Assembly (NCBI RefSeq): GCF_018977255.1
Contig: NW_024704742.1
Coordinates: 54,004,001-54,068,000, forward strand
Length of the DNA: 64,000 nucleotides
Origin: Callorhinchus milii
Taxonomy: Eukaryota
Direction: 5' to 3'
Below the pieces are notes generated by a model. It ran no database searches, was not told the origin of the DNA, and worked only from the letters and a program-made list of their open reading frames with translations. The position numbers and the translations under genes were made by a program. Positions 25,091 to 39,115 of the stretch are shown piece after piece (within the stretch, counting starts at the first letter, position 1; every line of letters begins with the position of its first letter).

Positions 25091-25289
25091 GGACTGAAAT
25101 TCCACCTAGTCCGATAAAATTTGAGATTGTACAGAATTGTAGAAAAATGTTAAGTTAAGTCTTGGACGTTGGTTCTTTTTAAGAATTGCAGAAAAAACAG
25201 CCTCTAAATTTAGAATAAATTGAAGAAATATTTCAAAATTCTGCATGATCTTAAATTTTACAGCTAAGACCAGGTGGAATTTCAAGTCT
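25091..25289. mobile_element. Palindromic MITE-like element
   Basis: Terminal inverted repeats gactgaaattccacctagtc / gaccaggtggaatttcaagtc, with an inner inverted pair taaaatttgagattgtacagaatt / aattctgcatgatcttaaatttta. Confidence 0.65.
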
Positions 25290-28200
25290 TTTGTTTCTTA
25301 ACCATAATAATATTCTGCATATACTGTACTGATTAGCAGTTACTTGTGTGCAATGAACCAGGGACCAGAAAGCAAAAACGTTAAGGTTTGAAAGCGTCAC
25401 TCTGGTGCGGAATCAATTTGTTTGGAGAATGTCATCTGCACAATTACAATTTTATCACAGAATGGAGTGACATTATTAATGCATAATTAATTTATTGGAT
25501 GGTACTGCCAATGGTTTGGGTAAGCTGAGTATATGAATTATTTACATGTAAAGAGAATATCATTTGCCTCGTTAAATTACTACAGTACTCAATGAAGTGT
25601 GTAGCTTAACATGGCAAAAATCTGCAATGATTTGATTTACAGATACAGTAAGAACTTGAGAAGAGTTTGTTGCTCGGTGTCAATTATTTTAACACTTCTC
25701 TGTCGTGATAGAAAGAAAATCCCCAAAAGAAAAAATGATCAAATGAGAGGGACAGACAGACATAATAATTAAAATCCTTGCGTTGATATGGAGACTTATC
25801 ACGTCATCAGGATCTCTGAAAGCGTTTCACGGGATTTGTCATATTTGTTGGCAAACGCAGCAGCCAATTTGCACGCAACAATGTCTAAAAAACAGCGATG
25901 AAGTGAATGACTACTTTTTTCTGGGGGATTGTCGGCCAGGACACTCAGGAAAAACTCGCTTTTCTTTTTGAATCGTGTCAAAGGATCTTTAGGTCACTGT
26001 GACAGGGGGACAAATCCTGACCCAACTTTCCATGGACATAGTCACTTCACTTATGTGTAAAGGAACATGTTTTTTTAACTTGTCTGAAAAAAGTGACTCA
26101 ATGAGTATAGCTAACAAGGGCTGGACTCTAATCAAAGTTGTTTGAAGTCCCAGCCCTAATTGGGCACCAGCAACCTACGAATGAATCAGCACCAGTATAT
26201 AGAGGGATGTGAGAGAGTACTCTGGGGAAGATGCCTATAAAAAGCAATAGCTTTGTTATGAAAATAATACCAACTTTTTTTTTGTTGTTAAAACCCTTTT
26301 CCAGGCATGACTTCTGCCCTCCTACAGTTACCTGAACAGGCAGATGGGACCTTGGTTAACATCTCATTCAAAGCAATGCAGCATACCCCCAGCATTGCAC
26401 TGGAATGTCAGCCTAGACTGTGAGTTTCAATCCCCAACTTTCTGATTCAGATCCGAGAGCTCTACCAACTGATCAAAACTTGAATATTTTACAAATATTC
26501 TTTGAGGCACTGCATATAGGTGCAAACACACTGACCACAGCAACTGAACTGCATTGTCAACATCCACTTAACTCAGGTACTTCTAGTTTGTGGCCCCTCA
26601 ATTGGAGATACAATCCTCCATAATATAGTGCCTTATCACATCATTGAGATATCTCAAAGTGATTCACATAATATACTGTATTGACTTTAAGTGTATTGAT
26701 TTTATTAGGGGGCAAAACATGGCATGCAATTGCGTTTAGCATTGTCCACAAACAGTCATGGATTGAGTGACCAATTTTTTTTTAAGGATTATTACACCTG
26801 GAAAGCGATCTGCTAATTGACTAATAACCGGGTTCTTAATAGGTAAACAGAGGTATGTACTACTACTAATAATAATAGATGTACTATTATTAATAACACT
26901 TATTATGGTACTAATAATAAGTGGTACCCTTGCAAGTTGCGTAACTCGATGTGGGCTTGCACACACAGCTTAGAATAATCAAACCCCATATGAGTCCCTC
27001 AGGGCATGGCATGCACCTATAATACACATATTGCAAGGTACTTCAGAAATCAACATCCCTGTCACTGAGAAAGTTTGAACAAAATGCTGCTTTATAAAAT
27101 CAATGTGTCATACAGATTGAAACATTGCCAGAGAATTAGCAGTTACCATATTTGCTTTGCTGTTAATTAATCAACTAGCAACTTACCTTAGAGAGAAAAA
27201 CCATATTAAATAATTAGAAGAATCCTTTAGGAAAGGAAATGTTGCCATATCTCCCTTGAAGCCATTGTAGATTAACAGCACCTGCTTCAGCTGTATTACC
27301 TCATCCCCCTGCCCCAGGATACTTGGCATTTACATGTAACACCTTTCCTCCATTTATGTACCATTTGCACATTTAGGAAATGCAATTTCTTGTAGCTGAT
27401 GTAAGCAATTGGGTTAACAGTAAGCGCCCATATGGCCACATGTGTGCAGTCAATTACCCCTTACAATTTTGGCATGCGAGCCACTGTGAAGAATTGTTGC
27501 TGGCGCTCAACCTGTTTTTGCTGCCTTCTGGAGAAATGAATATGTCTGGCAGCATTCAGCAACAGAGCTGTGTGACCTGCTCAATGCAACACCACATTGA
27601 GGATTGGCTTATTCCTGAGTTGTCTCCTGCTGGTACATGGACGGACCCTGTAGCACAGAAGTATAAAGCCGTGACTATTTAGAGGGCCTTTGGCAAAGCC
27701 GCATGCAAATTTTATGCAAATCCCAGGTCCTGGACAATTAAATGTTAGATTTCTGTCACTTTTTCTTAAGTTAGTCTTAAATCTCTGAAAGCACTGCTGC
27801 TGCTCATCAGACAACCTCAGGTAAGTGATCATCATTCGCTTGATGTGGTACCTCACAGGCCCACTTTTGCCAGATGTGAAGCGTTGGTACAGCCTGCTGT
27901 ATATAAGAACCATAAATCTTTTCCCTTCTGTCCATAGAGTGAAGTAATTTTGTAAAAAAAAAATATTTGTTCTTATGGGCTGTACAAAGCAGAACTTAGA
28001 CAAAAAAGACAATACAAAACAGTGGGTCCTTAAGGGTTCTCGTGTTTTTATGTGTACCTGCTTTCACATCTCTTCAGAATATTCTCTGTGATTTGAAAAT
28101 CCCATTTTAAGGATTATTGTTTGAAGTTATCAGCATGTCGAGAAACCATCTTTTTAACCAATTTTTAACAGCTCTTTTTTTTAATCCATGACTTTTCAGC

Positions 28201-30188
28201 ACTACAAATACTATAAAAATGTGAGTACATATCATTGGTACTGCACCAGCCTGGAGGACCAGCTGTAATTGTTAAAATTAGGAAATCCCTCTCATTTCAC
28301 TTCCTTCTCTAAACACTGCTTTAAAAATATTGATGGTTACAGTAGCAATATTTCATGGTGGGAGAAATTTAGACTAACTGGCCCTGAAATGAATTATTTA
28401 AATATACTGTTGGTTAGACCATTAACTCAAGAGAGTTCTGTGAGAGAGTGGAGGAGGAAATTAGTCCCAGATCTCACACTCAAAAACATTATGGAACAGA
28501 GAGAGCACGAACAAAAATGGTACTGATCACTTTGCACCCTCCCAGGAGTGATATAATTTTGCAAATACGTGCACTTTTTGAAAATGTGATTTGTTAAAAA
28601 TCTGTAATGTGAGAAACTATATTTAGTTGTCAACCTCACATTTTATTACCATCTGCAGACTATTTGTTGCCCACCAAAATCCTAAAATGTGGTCAAAGGT
28701 TGACAAAAATAGAGAAATGCACTCTCACTTTTGAAAATTTCATCCCAAGGTATTCATTTTGTAATACCCAACTACAATATTTCATTTAGAATGAATCGGG
28801 TACTTTCTAAAAATAATAAATTAGGCACTGAAGAGAGATCCAGTCAAGGACACAATTAAGTAATTCTAAAACCAAGAAGGTTTTTTTGTTTTTTCTGTCA
28901 TGAACACAAGCATCTGTATGTTGCCATGTTACAGCTAACAGAGCTAAATGAGGCGGTAAGTGAAAATCTCAACAAATCAAGGGAAGCCTAATAAACATGC
29001 ACATGACAGGTTTTCCCTAGGCTAAATTAAAATAAATTTCCTTACCTTCTTCTAATCATTATTAATATAAGCAAGTGTCTAAAAGCTATGAAAGTACAGT
29101 AGGTTGCTACAGATCAATGGCATCATATGCAATATAATGGATTGGTTATAGAGATTATAAGATGCATTATGGGCTATGTTTGAAATAGATTTCTCTCAAC
29201 CTACTACATTATGTACAAAAACAAAAAGACAAAGGTTAGTGGGAATCTAAAACTCTCTTGCCCCAAAAGGATGCTGGATTCATTCACATTTTCAAGATGG
29301 AGGTCGATAGATATTTGTTATGTCAGGGTATTAAGGGATATAGGGCAAGAGCGGGTAACTGGACTTGAGGTACAGATCAGCCATGGTCTTTTAAAATGGT
29401 GGAACAGGCTTGAGGGGAGAATAGCCTATTCCTGTTTCTATGTTTCATCAAAACATCTGATTGTACAGTCTGCTGGCCGTTAGCATCAGCAACTCTTGGC
29501 ATGTGTGAATGATTCACTTTGTACTTTCAGGTTGGATTGTGTAAAAGGTACCATACATCCTGCAAGTTATTTTAAAAAGATATTTATTATATTTTGTCCT
29601 ATTCTCCTCCCTAGATGTACACTGACCACAGACTATAAAAGTGCTGAGAGTGAGGGTATGCAATTTACAGCAAGGGCCTTGGCCAATTCCACTCTCCAAT
29701 CAGCAGCTCCTAAGATAAGTGCATTGTCTTGTGGTAGTTTTCTTTCAGGGTTATTTTCCACTTTCTGTGGAAGAACAGAGACTCAAAATAATAGTGTGGT
29801 GCATATCAGAAACTCAGAATGTGGGGAACTGTAATTGGAAATCCATGTTCAATTACTTTATCTTCATTGAAGATTGTGGATTCAAGCCCTAAATCGGGAC
29901 TTTAAACTCACAGTCTAGGTTGACACTCAATTACAACATTGGGGGAAGTGCTACATTGTTGGGTGTGCTTTCCTTCAAATGAGAGATTAAAACCGAGGTC
30001 CCATCTGCCTGTTCAATTAAACAGTCCATGGCTCGAAAAGAGGAGTTTCTCCCAGTGAACCCAGTCAACAATCCCTCGGATAGCCTTGATCATTCACTTA
30101 ATGGATGTTTGTGAGGCATTGCTGTATGCAAATCAACTGCCACGTTTGCCTACAAATTCATAGTCACTATACTTCACAGTAAAATAAA

Positions 30189-30508
30189 AATAATAATAAT
30201 CCTTGCATTTGATATAGCGCTTTTCACGTCGGGAGGACATCCCAAAGCGTTTCACAGAACACACTGTAAAGTGAATTGACTGTATATTTGTGGGCGAACG
30301 CGGCAGCCAATTGCACACAGCAATGTCCCACAAACAGTCGTAGATTGAAAATTACCAATTTATTATTGGTATTTTTTTGGTTTTGGAGGGATTATTATTA
30401 GGCTCTGTGTGGAGTAAGGAACTTGCCCAAGGTTTCGCCCTGCCTGGAATTGAACTCAGGTCTCTCACTTGCAAAGCGACTGCTCTAGCCACTGAGCTAC
30501 AGGACTCC
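30189..30508 (-). mobile_element. Young full-length SINE (short subfamily) nested in an older SINE
   Basis: Near-identical to 58673-58990. The host SINE runs about 29860-30183 and resumes at 30509-30583. Confidence 0.92.
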
Positions 30509-30959
30509 AAATCCTAGTGAAGTGCTTTGAGACATCTCAATGATGCGGTAAGTGATGTATCAAATGCAAGGATTATTATTATTAAGTGAGAAGTGTTTTG
30601 AAAAATGTGAAATAAGTAGTATGGGAGCAGAAAATCAGAATAGGAAATACACATTTAATTAACCAAACATGAGCTGACTGATTAATAAACAAAATTGCGA
30701 TTTGTGAAATAAGCAATGAAGCACACTATAGCTGCAGTAAAATTACAAGCCGAAGAAAGTACTGCACCGTGTAACTAAAGCAAGAGCGTTCCGAGGATTT
30801 TTAAAATACAATGCCATACAATACGCATTTACAATTTGAAAGGGAACAGGATCCAGGTTCATAGTCTGAGCTATACTTTGAGTATGCAAAGTTCATGCCC
30901 AATGTCTAAAATAAAAATAGTAAATTATAATAATGATACATTTGATATAAAAAAAACAT

Positions 30960-31490
30960 ATAATGTTACTCCCAAAGAGATTGAATACCAATCAAAATAC
31001 TTTTTTTGAGGCACTGGTTAGTTCCCATCTGGAGTATGATGTGTATTACTGACCAACACATCTTTGGAAGGATATTGTAGCCTTTGAGAAGATGCAGCAT
31101 AGGGCAACCAGCCTGATGCCTGGTTTCAGGAATCCAAGTTATAATGAAACACTAAAGAAGTTATAATTGTTCTCATTAGAAAATAGAATTATTCCAAGTG
31201 ATCCAATAGAAGCTTTCAGTGTCATTTGGAAGATTCATAAAGCTAACTGATAGTCAAGAGAGCTAAACAATAGAAATAAATAAGGATATTGGATCTTTTT
31301 CATCCAAAGGGCAATAGGCATGCAGAATGTTACCGGGATAAGTCATTGAAGAAAATGGGTATAAATAAGAAAAAGACAATTAGCTGTGTTTCTGGAGAAA
31401 AAGGGAATATGGACATGAAGCAGGTGGGGCTGACGTTAATCAAAACTGGGTGATGAGTCATTTCCCTATTTCAAAAATGTCTTATGTTCA
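30960..31490 (+). mobile_element. Decayed CR1 3' fragment
   Basis: ggcactggttagttcccatctggagtat; gatgcagcatagggcaaccagcctgat. Smaller CR1 3' pieces also at about 29225-29450, 50750-50950, 53880-54020 and 56745-57220. Confidence 0.65.
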
Positions 31491-34400
31491 CTGTGTTGCT
31501 GTGTCACTCAAGGAAATATACTATGCTGTTCTTTAGATATTAGTCTGGCTTAGCTGGTAGCACTCTTGCCTCTAAAGGTTATGGGTTCAAACTCCATATT
31601 GGGTCTTTGAGCTCATAGTCTGACACTCCAGTACAAAACTGGGGAGCATTGTCAGAGGTGCTATCCTTCAGATTATACAGAATATTAAACTGAGTTCCCA
31701 TCCACCTGTTCAGGTGATTATTGATGGTCTCATGAATTATGACTGTATTCAAAAAGAGGAAATTTTTCCTGGCCAACAATCTCCAGAAAACATTTGTCAT
31801 TTACCTTGTGGCTGTTCGTGGGACATTGTTGTGTGCAAATGGTTCACCTACAAATACAGTAAATTCTGTGAAGCATCTTGATGACATGGTAAAGTGCTAA
31901 ACCAAACACAAGGATTATTATTATACAATCTCTGAACACGCATTGCAAAATGGAAACTTTGAAGCCTAAATGTGAAACAAAGAATGGGAAAGAATAAAAT
32001 GTTCTGTTGGAAAAGTTAAGTCGAAGTATCCTACCATTGACCCCCCCTCCCCCCTGCTCATTACTTTTTAATGTGCAATAATGAAGCAGACTACTATCTG
32101 GTCCAGTATGAGTTCCACAGAACACCAATCCATTACTCTGTTGCAGAATTACAGTAATAAGCTTTGACTGATGGGAAACTGTAAATGAAGTTTAAAAATG
32201 TCTGAACTGAAATCGAACTCTTGACATGTTATTTCCCTTCATTTTCAAAGAGATTTGTTTTTTATGTGACGATAGATCAATTGTAAATGAGGCAGGAGGG
32301 AAGAAGAATTTTCTTGTTCAACATAAATCTAAGTACAATCTAAATGTGAGTGATATCATAGCACCGCATGCAGTCATTACGATAACCAGTAATAAAATCT
32401 CATATTTGGCAATGCAGCTCCTTCAATATCCTTTGCTAGTAGTAAATAGGTAGCTTGATTCACAGCTACACTCCTCTCCAAATAAACCGTGTAATAGCTT
32501 TCTGAATACACTTAACCTGCTTCAGTTAAAGGGATGGTCTAAAAATAATAGCCCTGTATTTATCTTTATTGAACCTCTACTTATTAATCAGAAAAGTTCT
32601 GCAAATCAAGTTAGATCTTCATTAAAAGACTGCATTTATTTAGCTTTAATTAATTCCACTTTGCTTTGAGTAATTCTTGTTCCATTATTAGGGCTCTGCA
32701 TTTCCAGGGCTTTCTTTACTTATATTTTGAATTTCAAAGAAGAAAATGGATGTCACGTTTTCCGGTTGAAAATTGGGTGGTAAGGAGAATGACAAAAAGA
32801 CAAAAACTTCAGCAAATAAACGTTTGCACGCTGAGAGACTTTTCTCTATGATTCACCAACTTTTGATGGAAAGTGATTTCCTTCTACAATGATACATGCC
32901 ACAGGTTGTTACTCAAAGTAGAGAAAAACAAGTCTTTGCCACCATGGTTCACTAAATTTACTGACCAAGAGATAATAACCCACAACCAGTCAAATTGTGT
33001 ATTTTCTATTTGTTATTAAACTCGATTATAGAAATGTTTTATATTTTTGGGTCCAGAGAAGATAGATCAAAGGAATTTCTTTTTGGGTGTGGCTGCCTCT
33101 CAGTGATAAAGAAGTAATAATTTTCCTGTTCAATATAACCTTGAAGTACAATGTAAAGATGCGAGACCTCATAGTGCTACATACATGTCTACATGTCATT
33201 ATGCATGTGATTATAAGCAACAATACAACCTCAGATTTCATAATGCAGCTACTCCTATATCAGTTTTATGTTAATGCAGATACCATGTCTGATGCTTTCT
33301 CAGTAATTTTTTGGGTTGAAGATCAATGAAAAGAATTTCAATTATTGGTTCATTCCTTCATTCCCTCCCTCGCCTTTTTCAAAGCCTATCTCAAAACATA
33401 CCTCTTTATCCGCTCTTTTGGTCATCTTTCCCCTCCCCACCTTCCTCGACTCCCACCCCCAGCTTGAATGCCCATCAAACACTGTGATTGCTTTTGAGTC
33501 ATTCTACCAATGTGAAAGAAATGATATAAATGTAAATTGTATTCATGATGAACAAATCTTTTATCTGACCTTAGGAATGTTTTTAACAAGTAATTTATGG
33601 GATCTTAGAATGGAGTAACTTTAATTCGGTAAAATATAACTGATCACCCGAAGGGCTTCCAAATTTATTAATAAGACCTAAGAAGAACAGGATAGATACG
33701 TAGGAGAGGATAATAATAATAAAATAATAATCCTTGCATTTGATATAGCACCTTATCACGTCTTCAAGATGCCTCAACGTGCCTCACAGAATATACAGTA
33801 AAATCAATCGACTGTATATTTTGTGGGCGAAACGCGGCAGCCAATTGCTCACAGCAGTGTTCCACAAATGTCACTCCCTTTCATCAGTCCTGTACAATTG
33901 AGAAATACAGAAGGTAATTGATGGAGGCTGCAGCAAGTGGAGACAGATTCACAAAGTGGCATGTGAAATGACTTAGGACAGTATGAATTTGTTAAATTAA
34001 AAACTAATTCAAAATGCACTTTTTTTTGGCAGTTATAATCCTTCCCGTTATATTTCCCAATATAATATAAGATGTATTCATCAAGGAACAGGTATGGGTT
34101 AAACCACCAGCCTACAATTCTCCGACAGCAGAATCAGAATGGAAAGCTTCTGACCAAGATTAAATTACAATTACTAACAAAACCAAAGATGAGGTTCAAC
34201 CCTGTTACACGCCTCTTTCTTCAATAAGTTGAAGACTATTGGTTGTAACGGTGATATTATATACAAGTTGTGCCATTTATAGAATTGATCCCCACAGCCC
34301 CTTTTCAAAGCTTTAAAAAGGAAATCCCATTCTCTCTGATCGAACACTTCCAATTTCTATAGCAATCTTTTATGCTTTCCAGCCATTGCCAAGAACATGA

Positions 34401-35019
34401 GAGGTACAGTCAATAAAAAAAGGCAGTGTATGGGCTAAAATGATCGACAATGGATCCTTGGATTATTGAGTTATCACTGTAAGTGCTAAAATGTCCATTG
34501 CTAAAAATATTCCTGTCATGGACATTTATATACATATACAGAATATAAAAATCACCCACACATGAAATGCATTTTTTTGTTTTTTAAAATCATTTCAAAT
34601 GCTCTCAACTCAGTACATATAGTTTACTACCTATGCTACAGAATGGATTTGATGTTCTACCTCATTTATATTCTCAAAACTAAAATAACACACACTCCTG
34701 ATCCTCCTGGAACCAGACTGTAAACTGTACTATATCATCCTGAATATTTCCAGCCAACACTCAGTCATATTTTTTCCACCATTACTCAATGAATTTATCC
34801 CTAATGCCCTATCTCCATGCAGGTATCATTCTTTTTATCCAATGAAAAAACTACGGGTATCAAATACCTTTTTTTTTAGAAAACAAAGCCATTTCGAGCC
34901 ACTCCATAATGAGATAAGGACAAGGAATAAATAATAATGATGATAATTCTTGCAATTGAAATAGAAACATCGTCAAAATGTTTCAAAGTGCTGCACATAA
35001 TTTTTCTGCAGAGTGTAGT

Positions 35020-35625
35020 CATTAGGGGGAGATAAGTGGGGCCTTCTTGGAGCTGAACTGACTCCTGAAAAGGTGACATGTTTGGCAACAGAATGTGAGA
35101 ATCAGCCAGCCCTCTGTGGCAGTCTTGGTAGTCTGGTTCCTGAGACAAGCGGGTTCGCAGTATTCCAGGGCACTGCTGATGACAGCAAAGCCAACCTGGC
35201 TCATCAGCAGGACCTGGAAGGGCAGACCAGTCCCTGGCAGAAGAGACTTTTCCCACTCAGCTCCTGTTAGCTGTATAAGCCAAAGTCTTAATGGGCAGAG
35301 TAGTCCTAGCTAGACAAGCAGCAGGAAAGCTTGCCTGGCAGTGCTCTCAATGGCAAGTAATGTGGTTTTAGCTGGTTAGACTCTAGCAGTACCCCAACTC
35401 TGGGATCCTCAAGCCCTTGATCTTGCCAACCTGTGCCTAATACTTTCCGGAATTAGGTAAGCAGGATGTGTTCCTCTAGGGCGAGAGTGTGCATTCCATT
35501 CCAATAAACATCTCTGAAATTTCTATGCGTAGGTGGGCTGCATGGAATTTTCAGTTTGGTTTAGATATACTTAACATTGTGATGGGTTTCTGCATGTATC
35601 AAACACCTGGCCAACCATACAGAAA
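35020..35625 (+). mobile_element. Unclassified ~0.6-kb interspersed repeat (possible solo LTR)
   Basis: Homologous to 61500-62070 (+), 7265-7700 (+) and 18640-19130 (-). Shared blocks include gacaagcagcaggaaagcttgcc and ggaattaggtaagcaggatg..ccagggagagagtgtgcattccattcc. Confidence 0.75.
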
Positions 35626-38531
35626 TGTAGTGACTCTATATTTTTAGAGGAACACAGCAATCAATTTGTGCGCACACTGTGCTACAAAGAGCCACAAAGA
35701 GAATGATCGATTGTTCCTGGAGAATTTTAGACCTGGACACCTGACGAAACACTTTTTGAGTATTGCTTTGGGATCTTTAATATCTGCCTGTGACCTGTTT
35801 AAAGTGGCATCGGAAAGATGGCACATCTAATAATACAGTGCTCTCCCAACAATGCAGTGGAATATAAACCCAGACTGTGAGCTCAAAATCCTGACAAGGG
35901 TCTTGAATCCATAATCTTTTGATTCAGAGGAAAGAATAATAACTGAGGCAGGCTGACCTGACAATGGACAACAAGAGTTTTCATCATCGTACAAGAATCT
36001 TATTCTGGAGGTTTCTGGTGTTTAAGCAGAATTCCTCCTGCTCAATGTGATGTACTTATAGTTAACAAAAGGATTCTCCTCTTGTGCGACTTGAAAAGTA
36101 GTTATCAATAGTATTTTCATGTAGGTTAAATTCATGTGATTGCCTCCTCGGAAAAGTTAGGTCAAGGCTTGTCGTCAAAATCATCAGGGTAATGATGTAC
36201 AGCAGCACATGTGATGACTGCTGTAGCATGAAGGTTTGCAATGAAAGTTATGCACTTTTATTTACGATTAAGTGAAGTTGCAAATATTTTAGTGACAGAT
36301 TGCATTACAAATTCGGGAATGCGGAGTCAATGATTGCATGCTCAACAACAAAAAATTATATTTACACAGCGTTTTTCACATCGGGAGGACATCTCATAGC
36401 GTTTCAAACGGGTGGTTCGAAGCCCACACTCAGGGTTGCAGGGAACAGCTGGTGGGGGGAGGAGAGAAGGTGACCAAAGGTATTCTTATTAATTTGGTAA
36501 AGTAGATTTTAAGATCGATATGGTTTCATTTGCTCTTCAGTTCCCTTTTCCTTCTCTCCTATGGGAAAATTCTTGGCGTGTGCCCTGTACCTATGGGCCA
36601 TTAAAGTCATTTTTAATCCACATAATAAAAGGCCAAATATTTTCATTTTTTACAGCGTTTTTTTGCGTTAAAAAAGGAAGAAACGGAGCGAAATGCCAGA
36701 CATCGAATAAATTCAGTGAAAATCAGTAAAAGTCACATCAAAGAAACTCAAGCACTGTCTGCTCATGTTAAACGTTGTTAGAGAATATAATTTTTTCACA
36801 GCAACAACAACAACCTGCATTTATGTAGCGCTCTTCCCGGCGGACGGCGTCTCAGAGGGCTTAACCCCAAACAGCTCCTTCACACTCAGATTGCTAGCAA
36901 CAAATATAAGCAATTCTGCCACTAACACTGTCAAACACCAAGAACGTATCCTGATGTATGGTACCCACAATAATGACGTGGTGAGTTCAGTTGTCCATCA
37001 CCGCAGGATTCAGAGGTCATCTCTGAGTGCGTGATGTGCATGTCAATCGGCAGAACTGAAATGACAAAACATCCCAGGCGCTAACAAAAAAAAGCCTAAA
37101 AAGTCAGAGGAAATTTTTTTTCACCATCTGACTTTCACCAAATCAATCAGGGGGGTTACACCGAAAACAGTAAAAAGTGACTAGATGTTTCCAACTCCAG
37201 GCATTCTTGAAGGCTCTCCACATGGAGAATACAGACTCATGCCCTGTTAATGTACCAACCTTCTATTGCACCGGAATACCCTGACTGCACGGTTTAATGT
37301 TACATGAGGAAATACTATGAAATAACAGTAATAAAGGATTCCCCAAAACTGGTACAAAACTCCTGCACAAAGTTAAAAACTCTGTTCAAAAATTTCAATA
37401 TCTCAATACCATCTTCAAAGACCACCGAATAAATGTTTCTAACATAGGGGAAAACATGTATGCTGTGCAGAAACCCATTAAGAATTTTGAATGGGTAGAC
37501 TCTCTAATAAATTAAGTAGTCCTGGCACCACAATCTACACTCAGCAAACTCACAAATTCAATCCATGTTAGCAAGCTACTTTATTTCATTTGTATTGGTG
37601 ATAGATCCAGTAAAGTACTGTATTTGTACTCTTTCTTTCAAATTGAATTGCATGCACATAGGCTTTTTAATGTTTTTTATTATTGTTTATTTCTGCGTCA
37701 CTCCGAAATAGCTTGTAAAGCAGGAAAGAAACAAATGGTAAATGGAAGAAGGAAAGAATGAGTCTGTGTGTTACAACTATGGATAAGGAGTCTAATTCGA
37801 GTTGATACTGATAATGGATTGTGATGCCGACCCTGAGCAGATAAATAGTGGCAAACATGTTGGATTTCAGATTGAATCCAACTTTTGCTTTCCGCTATCA
37901 GTCGATAAGAACCAAAGACACTTGTGAGCAACAAAAAATGATCTTGTCAACCATCAAGGGTAGAATTAATCATTCCCATACTGTACGATGCCATGAGTCA
38001 ACTACGCGCCTTTCTATCTACTAAAAATATATTGAATCCTGAATATACAATGAATTAAAACTTTTTTATGACCTCTCCATGCTACTTTAAAATACCGAGC
38101 AAGAGATTTTATTTCCAGAAACACTACGAAGGAGTAAGAGAGCTACTCGTTATATCTCGTAGCCAAAGAGTTAAGGCAATTTAGCGTTCCATTCGTTTTT
38201 TTCTATTCTATAATATTTGTCATTTAAATAATGACTTCCAGTCGGAAAATAACACAGTTATCCAAAAATGCGATGAACTCTGGTGGCATTTCTTGGCTCA
38301 GTAGAATCTCTACTGCTTGCAGCGGATCCTCAAACATAGCCCACTTTCTCGTTGGAGAGATGCCTCGTGGAACAGTTTCGCTTAAGTAAATAGAATAAAT
38401 AAACAAGTAAGCAAATAAACAAACAATGGGTTTAGAAATCCATTGTTTCACATCCGAGTAGGATGTCTTCTCATCTTTGGCTCCTGCTGCTAAAAAAAAA
38501 ATCTGTGACTCACTGGTCCAGTTTCATAACC

Positions 38532-38563
<32 letters not shown>

Positions 38564-39115
38564 GTTTGATTTCTGATCATCCGCCGGAGCTCCCACACAC
38601 ACACAGTTCTTTTTTTAACACATGCATTTATTATACAAACTCACACACACATATATATCTATATCTATCTATATATATATATGTGTGTGTGTATATCTGA
38701 AGGCTGACTGGCTGTAACCGCTTGGATGCTTTGGGACATGTTCAGCAATGTACTGTGGGCTTTAGGATATCGCACTGCAACGAATCCGTACGGAGGCGTT
38801 TGCTCTGCCTGCAATGTGCATAGAGAGGGTTAATTCGGTTAAAATAAAAGTGACAGCTCCCGGGGTGGTGGGGGGTGGGGGGGGGGGTGAGCCTCCCGGC
38901 TGGGGAGGGGCACGGGCTAAAATCTCGGGTTGTGTTGCAGCAAAACTCGGGGAAGCGACTAACGCCCCCACAGGAGGTCTGAGAGCAGGAGATCAGAGGG
39001 GAAGCTGATCCTCTCGCTTTCGTCTCGGGATGAACTCTCAGACACAGAGGGGTTTCGTGGGGTTTGCGCTCTCAGCATCGCACCCACCGGGAAAGTACAG
39101 TCCGTAAAACTTCTC

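Noticed and set aside
30133..30333. Recurrent small ORFs such as MWDIAVRNWLPRSPTNIQSIHF
   Set aside because: Incidental reading frames of the SINE body, repeated wherever the SINE occurs.
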